NCBI GenBank assembly: GCA_035544015.1
Contig: DATKIP010000093.1
Location: 1,156 to 65,155, forward strand
Length of the DNA stretch: 64,000 nt
Direction: 5' to 3'
Origin: Candidatus Saccharimonadia bacterium
GTDB taxonomy: Bacteria; Patescibacteriota; Saccharimonadia; UBA4664
The notes under the pieces are model-generated. The model was not told the origin of the DNA. It saw only the letters and a program-made list of their open reading frames with translations, and ran no database searches. The position numbers were made by a program, and so were the translations under genes. Shown here in pieces: positions 27,432-34,990 of this stretch (position 1 is the stretch's first letter; the number at the start of each line of letters is the position of its first letter).

Positions 27432-27935
27432 GTGATGGCGCGAGTTAAAAAGTTATTTTTACGCTATAGACGTATAATTGAGCATATGAAATCGCTTTAT
27501 AGGCTCTATAGGCTGACCCGCTATATTGATAATGAATCCCATCGCATAGATAAAAAATTCCCAGATGAGCTGAGGAATAACAACATACGGCGACGACCTA
27601 AAAAGAATGACATACTCAAGGGGTACAGCAGGAAGCATAAGCGCCTATCCTATGAAAAAATCGCTGATTTATTTGAGCAAGCCGAGAACGAGGGTTATAT
27701 CGAAGTCAATTCTTATGATTTAGTGAGGGTGGGTATCCCGCGAGGCACGGACTTTTTAGACTTTTTTATCATACCGTGGGGCTTGCTGAATCCTATGTTA
27801 GATAAATATGGCAAATTGGCATCTCTAATCATAGGCTTAGTAGGTGGGGTCGTAGTCACTATCGCTACCACTTTAGCTATTTGGACAGCGAAGTCATTAT
27901 TGAGTCTAGTTCAATATCTAATTAGACATCTCTAG
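27432..27935 (+). CDS. hypothetical protein, basic N-terminal region and C-terminal TM (AT-rich island)
   Basis: 167 aa in a low-GC region. Confidence 0.4.
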   Translation: MMARVKKLFLRYRRIIEHMKSLYRLYRLTRYIDNESHRIDKKFPDELRNNNIRRRPKKNDILKGYSRKHKRLSYEKIADLFEQAENEGYIEVNSYDLVRVGIPRGTDFLDFFIIPWGLLNPMLDKYGKLASLIIGLVGGVVVTIATTLAIWTAKSLLSLVQYLIRHL

Positions 27936-28008
27936 CTTAGAGCTCGTGTACTACTTTTTTTTCGGCTTCCGCTCCGGCTCCGTCTTTACGATCTTCTCCA
28001 TTGCCTTA

Positions 28009-28236
28009 TCAAATGACATCGGCAGGCTGAACGGCTGCTGGCGAGTCTGCTTCTCGGGCTGGGGCTTCGGCTGTTTCTCTGGCTTCATGATGTTTATTAT
28101 ACCTCGTTGTGTTTCTGATCGATTCTCGTTCCCGTCTTCTCTTGCGACTATGTTCACGCTCTACCACCACGAAAACTATAGGCAAGATGATGGGAAGTAG
28201 GATGATACCCAGAATGAGCTTTAATGCAGCTTTCAT
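28009..28236 (-). CDS. small membrane protein (AT-rich island)
   Basis: The start was chosen at the ATG preceded by AAGGAAG (reverse complement of about 28240-28247). A TM helix ALKLILGIILLPIILPIVFVVV. An overlapping alternative-frame ORF makes this uncertain. Confidence 0.35.
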   Translation of the reverse strand: MKAALKLILGIILLPIILPIVFVVVEREHSRKRRRERESIRNTTRYNKHHEARETAEAPAREADSPAAVQPADVI

Positions 28237-28687
28237 AACTTCCTTTGTGGTCCCCAAATAAAAAGGCGGCCACCACTTAGTGCAAGTGTTGAGCCGCACA
28301 ACGAGTTTTTGCGCCCGCCATCGGTGATGACCGCCTTAGTTAGCGCAAAAACCCACAAGACTTGTGGGAAAACTTGTTATACGGCTCAACGAAGTAATTA
28401 TGGCTGGTTATTGAGGCTCAGTAAAGCCCCAGAGAATAAATACCGAGTTCTGGACAACCCGCTCAAGCTCTGATATGCCTGTAGGTAAGGTTCGCTCCGA
28501 GATCACAATTGCGGCAACCGAATGTTAGTAGCTCGGGAGACCATGTCTCCACGACAGCATTTTGTTGCTACATATTTCCGGTGCGTTCCTACCACTTAAA
28601 CGGAGGAACCAGAAATGGGAATACTCGATTGGCCGCCTAGACGGCCCGAGCTTCCCCCGATAAAGACAACCTAGTCGGGGTATAGTA

Positions 28688-28713
28688 AAGGCCCCGTAAG
28701 GGGCCTTTACTTA
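28688..28713 (+). terminator. perfect 11-bp hairpin GTAAAGGCCCC-GTAA-GGGGCCTTTAC inside a roughly 580-nt non-coding stretch
   Basis: Read directly from the sequence; followed by TTACAAATTAATTG. Confidence 0.35.
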
Positions 28714-28818
28714 CAAATTAATTGCCGTATTGAGTACGGAAATTAATTGTACGCTACCGAGATCACGCCCTTATCATAGCGGGTTGTTTTGAGGTGCGCA
28801 AGAACCGTTATTTTGCGA

Positions 28819-29193
28819 TTAGCTCCTTCGCGGTGGTTGCGGAACTGCAAGAGGCTCACTAGCTTCAATGCGTGCAGCCTCCACCGCTTCTCTCCCAGCT
28901 TTCTCACTGCGTATCTTCTCCCTAGCAGCTTCTTCTTTGCGCACTTTCAGCTCAATGGTGTCACCAGCAGACGCGTAGTAGAGTATGGCCAAAAATCCAA
29001 AAATGAATCCCGACAATATACCTCCAGCAGTACTACGACCTCGCTGACCCGCCATGACACCACAAATGATGGCGAAGAATACACCTATGATAATAAGAAT
29101 ACCGAGCAGTCCAGCCAGGGCTGTTCCGGCGGCTGCACCGACTTCTGTGGCTGCTTGTGCAGTTGCTGGATCGAGAGTTGGGGTTGGGGTCAT
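28819..29193 (-). CDS. small membrane protein, hypothetical
   Basis: 124 aa. SD AAGGAG 6 nt before the ATG on the reverse strand. TM region GLLGILIIIGVFFAIICGV. Confidence 0.5.
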   Translation of the reverse strand: MTPTPTLDPATAQAATEVGAAAGTALAGLLGILIIIGVFFAIICGVMAGQRGRSTAGGILSGFIFGFLAILYYASAGDTIELKVRKEEAAREKIRSEKAGREAVEAARIEASEPLAVPQPPRRS

Positions 29194-29405
29194 GGGGATC
29201 TCCTTTAGATCGGAAACCGCCTCAATAAAATAAAGAGGCGACTGCTAGTTAGTAGAGGTGTTGACGCTCCACAACGGATTTGGACCCGCTTTCGCTAACA
29301 GCCGCCTGTATGAGTCCAAAAAATGCCACGGTGTGGCTAATTCCGATGTAGAGCGTCAACAAGGTAATCATACCTGATATAATAACTGCCTAAAAGGGAC
29401 CAGAT

Positions 29406-30347
29406 ATGCCTGACAATGAAGAGTTGCCTTTGCCCAGTGAGGGCGAAAGCAAAATCGACCTTTTCAAAGGCAAAGAAATCCGTAAAGTTTTACATGAAGG
29501 CGAGTGGTGGTTCGTTGTCGTAGATGTTATTGCTAGTCTCACTGGATCGATTGATCCAACTGGTTATGTAAAGGACATGCGGCGTCGAGATAAGGGTCTA
29601 GCAGAAGGGTGGGGGCAAATTGCCACCCCCCTTCGCATTGAAACCTCTAAAGGGCCACAAAACATCAATTGTGCCAATATTGAGGGGCTTTTCCGTATAA
29701 TGCAGTCCGTGCCCTCTCCAAAGGCAGAGCCATTCAAAAAATGGCTGGCAAAGTCTGCATTTGAACGGTTACAGGAAATCGACAATCCCGAGCTGGCAGT
29801 CCAACGTGCCATTGCTCTTTATCGGGCAAAGGGTTATCCCGATGGGTGGATCGATACTAGAATTAAAAATAAGGTCAGTCGAGAAATCCTGACTAAAGAA
29901 TGGTTTGAGCGCGGCGTACAGGATATGGATTACGCAATCTTAACAGATGCAATTTCCATTGAGACTTTCGGATTGAGCACGGCCAAGCACAAAGAGCTCA
30001 AAGGACTAAAAAGCCAGAGTCTCCGCGATAATATGACGCCAATTGAGCTAACCCTTACTACATTGGGTGAGCAATCCGCCACCGAGATAACCCGTGCTAA
30101 TAATGCTCAGGGGAAATGGCAAAATCTTACGGCGGCAAAAGCTGGTGGTAAAATTGCTGGAAACGCAAGAATGCAACTTGAGGAAGCAACAGGGCAAACG
30201 GTTGTATCTGATCAAAGCTATCTTACTGAACGTCAAAGACAAAATAATGCCCAAATTGAGGCTACAATTAATGATACTCTTAGCCGGATATTACGCCTTC
30301 CGGGGACTGACCCGCTTGAAGCAGGCGAGATTGGTACAGTCAGCTAG
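29406..30347 (+). CDS. Bro-N domain protein / DNA-damage-inducible protein D (DinD)-like
   Basis: The N-terminal region LFKGKEIRKVLHEGEWWFVVVDV resembles the Bro-N fold. Its stop overlaps the IS transposase stop, so it is probably 3'-truncated by the IS. Confidence 0.6.
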   Translation: MPDNEELPLPSEGESKIDLFKGKEIRKVLHEGEWWFVVVDVIASLTGSIDPTGYVKDMRRRDKGLAEGWGQIATPLRIETSKGPQNINCANIEGLFRIMQSVPSPKAEPFKKWLAKSAFERLQEIDNPELAVQRAIALYRAKGYPDGWIDTRIKNKVSREILTKEWFERGVQDMDYAILTDAISIETFGLSTAKHKELKGLKSQSLRDNMTPIELTLTTLGEQSATEITRANNAQGKWQNLTAAKAGGKIAGNARMQLEEATGQTVVSDQSYLTERQRQNNAQIEATINDTLSRILRLPGTDPLEAGEIGTVS

Positions 30348-31237
30348 CCAATAAGTCCCTTATACGTCAGCCGTTTCCCGCTCGCATATCCGAACCAGTT
30401 CTCGAATCGCTCACCATCCTTCATCTCGCGGGTATTGTACCGATAACCAAACTCCCCCGCGTACTTCGCCATATGCTTCCGGCTTACTCCAATATAGATG
30501 GCGTCGATACCAGACTTAAGATGGCTCCAGTACCCCTCAATTGTGTTCGTGTGCACCGTTCCGACCACGTATTCTTTGGTGTGATTTACCGAGTAATGCG
30601 GATAGCCCATAGCAGTGAGAGCGTGATACGCCTTGAGCTGGTCAGTCATAACCGTAGCCCTTGGGTCAATGTCTTTGATGATGTGAGGCAGAAGATAGGG
30701 AGCTGACCCCTTGGTCACAATATGAGTCTTGATGTGGCCTTTGCGCTCCACAAGTCCCATCACGGGTGTCTTGTTCGTAGACTTGTTACTGGCGTTCATG
30801 CCAACGCCCTTTTGATGGCCGCCAATATAGGTTTCATCTACTTCTACAATTCCATTTAGAAGTCTGTCACTTCCATCTAAAACCGCATGGCGGATACGCT
30901 GGAGCAGGAACCAGGCACTTTTCTGGGTAATGCCAAGATGTTTGCTCATCTGGATAGAGCTAACGCCTTTCTTGTGGGATGTAAGCAAATATATAGCCAA
31001 GAACCACTTCTGGAGGGGAAGACGAGACTCTTCAAAGATTGTGCCAATACGAGCCGAGAATTGTTTCATACAAGCCGTGCATTTGAATATCCGGCGAGAC
31101 TTGAGGGTGTAAACATCTAAGCAGCCGCAGTGGGGGCAAATAGGCTCACCATGCCAACGAGATTCAGCTAGATAGGCGTGGCAGGCATCTTCGTTGGGGA
31201 AGCGGTTGTAAAAGGCGATGAGATTGAGGGTTTCCAT
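30344..31237 (-). CDS. IS1595-family transposase (ISXO2-like, N-terminal zinc ribbon plus DDE)
   Basis: 297 aa. CPHCGC...CTAC zinc ribbon and the DDE region (...IVEVDETYIGG..., ...VMTDQLKAY..., ...NTIEGYWSHLK) are typical of IS1595. Confidence 0.85.
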   Translation of the reverse strand: METLNLIAFYNRFPNEDACHAYLAESRWHGEPICPHCGCLDVYTLKSRRIFKCTACMKQFSARIGTIFEESRLPLQKWFLAIYLLTSHKKGVSSIQMSKHLGITQKSAWFLLQRIRHAVLDGSDRLLNGIVEVDETYIGGHQKGVGMNASNKSTNKTPVMGLVERKGHIKTHIVTKGSAPYLLPHIIKDIDPRATVMTDQLKAYHALTAMGYPHYSVNHTKEYVVGTVHTNTIEGYWSHLKSGIDAIYIGVSRKHMAKYAGEFGYRYNTREMKDGERFENWFGYASGKRLTYKGLIG

Positions 31238-31285
31238 ACATCAAGCTTAGTGCAGGACATTGGTTGCGTCAAGTATATAAGCGCC
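30348..31285. mobile_element. IS1595-family insertion sequence (boundaries approximate)
   Basis: Imperfect terminal inverted repeats: CTTATACGTCAGCC near 30359 against GGTTGCGTCAAGTATATAAG near 31262. The element would be about 0.94 kb. Confidence 0.45.
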
Positions 31286-31361
31286 CCGCCCTTGCATGTT
31301 CGCAAAATGTTCGGTATATTGGCATCGCCAGCCAGTATATAGTAGACATCAAGGAGCGCCG

Positions 31362-31844
31362 ATGGCCACCACAGAATTTACCCTCGAAGATATTAGGCAA
31401 GTTGTCCGCGAGGAGTCCGACGCCTCGTTCGACCGCAAATTTGGCCCAGCGTTTGATGAAGCCTTTACGCGTTCCTTCGGGCCGGCGTTTGACGCGGCTT
31501 TCGCGCGGTCCTTCCAGCCAGCTTTTGACACGGCTTTTAGTGCGGCCTTCAAGCCCGCGTTTGATGCGGCTTTTGAACCGGCATTCAATGCGGCCTTCAA
31601 GCCGGCCTTCGACGGAGCCTTCGATCAGGCTTTTGAGCCGGCATTTATGGGAGTCTTCGAGCCCTTCGCCAATGCCATCAAAGAAGATTTCAATCGTATC
31701 GACGAGCGCTTCGATCATCTCGAAACCAAAGTCGAGTCCATCGCCCGCGACGTTGACGAGCTCAAGGCCGACATGAAGAGTATTAAGCGTATTGTCGGGC
31801 AACATTCCAAGGAAATTGTCGAGCTGCGCGCCCGCCTCGCGTAG
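31362..31844 (+). CDS. repeat-containing coiled-coil protein (nine tandem PAFD-x-AF heptads plus C-terminal coiled coil)
   Basis: FGPAFDEAFTRSFGPAFDAAFARSFQPAFDTAFSAAFKPAFDAAFEPAFNAAFKPAFDGAFDQAFEPAF... AAGGAG 5 nt before the ATG. Confidence 0.6.
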   Translation: MATTEFTLEDIRQVVREESDASFDRKFGPAFDEAFTRSFGPAFDAAFARSFQPAFDTAFSAAFKPAFDAAFEPAFNAAFKPAFDGAFDQAFEPAFMGVFEPFANAIKEDFNRIDERFDHLETKVESIARDVDELKADMKSIKRIVGQHSKEIVELRARLA

Positions 31845-31864
31845 TCCCCCGAGCCGCCGCCTGG

Positions 31865-31870
31865 TATAAT
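31865..31870 (+). promoter_or_regulatory. extended -10 (TGgTATAAT) for a leaderless transcript
   Basis: TGGTATAAT at about 31862-31870. The ATG at 31878 lies 7 nt after the hexamer. Confidence 0.4.
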
Positions 31871-31877
31871 TTTGCTA

Positions 31878-33260
31878 ATGCTAAAGCCTAAACGACACCT
31901 TGGCTCGATTGCAGCGGCCGCCCTGCTGCTGGCTCCCGCCGTCGCCATGCAACTCCTGCCGGCCGCCGCCTCGGCCGACCTGTTACAAAGCACGCACTTT
32001 CGGCTCGATCCGAATGTGGCCGACACCTTCGGCGGCGCCACCGGCTCGGCCTCATACCAGCTCACCGATGCCGGCGGTGAGGGAGCAGTGGGCTCGGGCG
32101 CTAGCCAGAGCTACAAACTCACCCAGGGTTATGTCAGCCAGCTGGCGCACTCGCTTTCGCTCTCGGTGCTGCCCGGCTCCACCTATGCCTACTGGCCGCT
32201 CGACACCGGCACCGGCACCGTCGCCTACGACGTCGGCACCACTGCCGACGACGGCACCCTCGTAGCCGCGCCGAGCTGGACGACCGGCATCGTGGGCCAA
32301 GGCGTCACGCTCAATGGCTCCAGTCAATATGTTTCTACCGCCACCTCGGTCGCCAATCCTACGACCTTCACGCTCGAAGTGTGGTTCAAATCCACGAGCT
32401 CCAACGGCGGCGAGCTCATGGGCCTGGGCAGCGCCCAAACCGGCTCCAGCGCCACCGTAGACCGCGTGCTGTACCTCGATAATGCTGGCCACATCGTGTT
32501 TGGCACCAAGCCGAGTGCCTTCAAAACCGTCGCCACCGCCTCTACCTACACCGACGGCTCGTGGCACCACGTGGCTGCCACGCTCGGCGCCACCGGGTTG
32601 CTGCTCTACGTGGATGGCCTGCGCCAGGGCACCGACGCCAGCACCACCACGGTGGCCAACTTCAGTGGCTACTGGCGCCTCGGCTTCGATAGCCTCGCCG
32701 GCTGGCCCTCGGCGCCCACGAGCAATTTCCTGGCCGGCACCATCGATGAAGCCCGCGTCTACACCCGCGCCCTGAGCGACGCCGAGATCAAAAACGACTA
32801 CACTGCCGGCGCCAACGCCCTCAAAGGCGCCTTCACGCTGCCCAACATCACCCCTGGCCAGTCCCAAACCTACTCAGCCGACGCGGTAGTGCGCACCGAC
32901 GCCGCCGGCTACGACCTTTACATGCAGGCGCTCACCCCACTCACCCACACCGACACCGTCACTACTATCCCCAATGTCTCCGGCACCATTGCCTCACCGG
33001 CCGCCTGGACCGAAGGCACCACGAAGGGCATTGGCTTCACGCTCACCGCCGGCACCTCCCTGGAAGGCAAATGGGGGACCAGTCCGGGTTACGCCTATGC
33101 CGGCCTGCCCAGCACCGCCACCGTTTACCACTCGCGCACCGGCCTCACCGCCGGTGTCCCCGAGCTCACCACTATCCAATACCGCGCCGACACCACCAGC
33201 AGCCAAAAGCAGGGCACCTACTCGGCTACCATTGTTTACACGGCGACCGTTCGGCCATGA
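31878..33260 (+). CDS. secreted LamG (concanavalin-A-like lectin) domain protein with WxL-like C-terminus
   Basis: Signal peptide. LamG-like core (...FTLEVWFKSTSSNGGELMGLG...GSWHHVAATLGATGLLLYVDG...ARVYTRALSDAEI). C-terminal tail QGTYSATIVYTATVRP. The track ORF starts at TTG 31872. Confidence 0.6.
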   Translation: MLKPKRHLGSIAAAALLLAPAVAMQLLPAAASADLLQSTHFRLDPNVADTFGGATGSASYQLTDAGGEGAVGSGASQSYKLTQGYVSQLAHSLSLSVLPGSTYAYWPLDTGTGTVAYDVGTTADDGTLVAAPSWTTGIVGQGVTLNGSSQYVSTATSVANPTTFTLEVWFKSTSSNGGELMGLGSAQTGSSATVDRVLYLDNAGHIVFGTKPSAFKTVATASTYTDGSWHHVAATLGATGLLLYVDGLRQGTDASTTTVANFSGYWRLGFDSLAGWPSAPTSNFLAGTIDEARVYTRALSDAEIKNDYTAGANALKGAFTLPNITPGQSQTYSADAVVRTDAAGYDLYMQALTPLTHTDTVTTIPNVSGTIASPAAWTEGTTKGIGFTLTAGTSLEGKWGTSPGYAYAGLPSTATVYHSRTGLTAGVPELTTIQYRADTTSSQKQGTYSATIVYTATVRP

Positions 33261-34141
33261 ATGCCCCATTGCGCCTGCTGCTGGTCAGCCTCACCCTGGC
33301 GACCGTAGGGCTCGCAATGCCCGCGCCGGCCCGCGCTGACGCCCCCGGTTTGCAAGCCAGCCCGCTCGAGTACATCGACACGCTCACCCCGGGCCATATC
33401 AAAAACGGTTACGTTGACGTTTCCAACCCCGGCGACGGATCCCTCGCCATCCGCACGAGCGTGCGCGGTTTTCGCCAAACCGGCACCGACGGCCGCCTCG
33501 AATTTTTCGACGACCCGGAGCTCATCGGCGGCATCAGCCTCGGCCTGAGCAGCTTTGAGCTAGGGCCCCGAGAAGCCGTGCGTGTGGTGTTTCACGTCGA
33601 CCCGTCCAAGCTCCCTGCCGGCGGTGTGTATGCCGCCCTCTTTTTCCAAACCGTCCCTCCGTCGCAATCTCCCAATAGCTCGTACGTAGCCGAAAGCGCC
33701 CGCATCGGCACCTTGCTCGAGCTCGTAAACGGCCCGGCCACGCCGCATCACGGCGCTGTCGCCAAACTCGATCTGCCGTTCCTGCAGCTCGGCCGCGGCC
33801 TCACCGGCACACTGCAGTATCAAAACACCGATCGTACGGCCCACCCCGTCGGCTACCGTCCGGCTCTCACGCTGAGCGTGCTGCCGTGGGCGGCTCACCC
33901 CAAGCTCGCCACCGGTCTCGTCCTGCCCAGCGCCACCCGTGAGTTCGCCATCGAGCGGCCAGGCTCATTTTTTGGCCTGTTACCCGTCACCATTACCGAC
34001 ACCGACACGCATCAAACCACCACGCGCTGGGTATTGGTGTGCACCGCGTGGTGCCAGTGGCTATTGCTGGTAATTGCCACCGCCCTCACGCTCGGAGTAG
34101 CGCGCAAAATCGGGCCCAGCCGGAGATCTACGTTAAAGTGA
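33257..34141 (+). CDS. DUF916-like cell-surface protein, second copy
   Basis: ATGA overlap with the upstream gene. Signal peptide. AGGVYAALFFQTVPP motif. C-terminal TM plus ARKIGPSRR tail. Confidence 0.55.
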   Translation: MNAPLRLLLVSLTLATVGLAMPAPARADAPGLQASPLEYIDTLTPGHIKNGYVDVSNPGDGSLAIRTSVRGFRQTGTDGRLEFFDDPELIGGISLGLSSFELGPREAVRVVFHVDPSKLPAGGVYAALFFQTVPPSQSPNSSYVAESARIGTLLELVNGPATPHHGAVAKLDLPFLQLGRGLTGTLQYQNTDRTAHPVGYRPALTLSVLPWAAHPKLATGLVLPSATREFAIERPGSFFGLLPVTITDTDTHQTTTRWVLVCTAWCQWLLLVIATALTLGVARKIGPSRRSTLK

Positions 34142-34416
34142 TCACAGCCGACCTCATCGTGATTCCGCCGCTGGCCTTGGTGGTGTGGGTGGCGTATGGT
34201 AGCCAAAAGCACATCCTGCGCCCCAGAGACAAACGTCTCGCCATCACCTGTGTCATGGTAGCGCTCGGCGTATGGTGGCTGACTGGCCTCGGTCACCTAG
34301 ATTGTGGGCGCACGTGCTCACCATCAGTCACAGGCGACGATCGGCTCTCGCTCGTCGTCAATCTCCTGATCTGCTTGCTGCCAATCGCCCTCTCCTATGC
34401 CCGTAAGCGCACATAA
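34138..34416 (+). CDS. small 3-TM membrane protein with basic tail (resembles the 6041-7518 family)
   Basis: GTGA overlap with the upstream gene; 92 aa; tail SYARKRT. Confidence 0.4.
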   Translation: MITADLIVIPPLALVVWVAYGSQKHILRPRDKRLAITCVMVALGVWWLTGLGHLDCGRTCSPSVTGDDRLSLVVNLLICLLPIALSYARKRT

Positions 34417-34499
34417 CCAACACCAGCATTGACTGTACGGTTTTTGTTCCATATATTCAATGGCATGCCCGCGATAAACTAGCAGTAACGGAGAGTCCC

Positions 34500-34916
34500 A
34501 TGCCAGAGTACGCCACCATCCAAGACGTTCGCACGATCATTGCCGAGGCCCTCGTGCCGGTAACGGAGCGCCTCAATAAAATAGACGGCCGGATCGATGA
34601 CGCGGACGGTCGGTTCGACAAAATAGATAACCGGTTCGACAAAATGGAGCTACGCCAAGACCGTATGCAAGTTAGCATTGACGATATCCAAAACAATTAC
34701 CGCGCCATACTAGTCCAAAACGAGGAGACCAACACAAAGCTCGATGCGATCCTCGAGTACGTTGCCGATGTCCCCGACCAAAACGCACGCATCGGCCGCC
34801 TCGAAGAAAACGCCGAACACGAAAAACTCAAGTCTGAGCTGGATCGCTCCCACATCGACGCCCTGCGCAGTGACATCGAGGCGCACCGGCGTCGCCCTCA
34901 CCCCACCAATTCATAA
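34500..34916 (+). CDS. coiled-coil protein with RFDK(I/M) repeats, related in architecture to 31362..31844
   Basis: Shared N-terminal pattern T(L/I)(E/Q)D(I/V)R and C-terminal heptad-like repeats DGRIDDADGRFDKIDNRFDKMELRQDRM. GGAGAG SD. Confidence 0.5.
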   Translation: MPEYATIQDVRTIIAEALVPVTERLNKIDGRIDDADGRFDKIDNRFDKMELRQDRMQVSIDDIQNNYRAILVQNEETNTKLDAILEYVADVPDQNARIGRLEENAEHEKLKSELDRSHIDALRSDIEAHRRRPHPTNS

Positions 34917-34990
34917 AAGGCTTACCGCAAGCCACAGTCTTGCCCAAACCATAAGCACGATGTTAAAATGCTTATGTAACAAAGGTTGTG

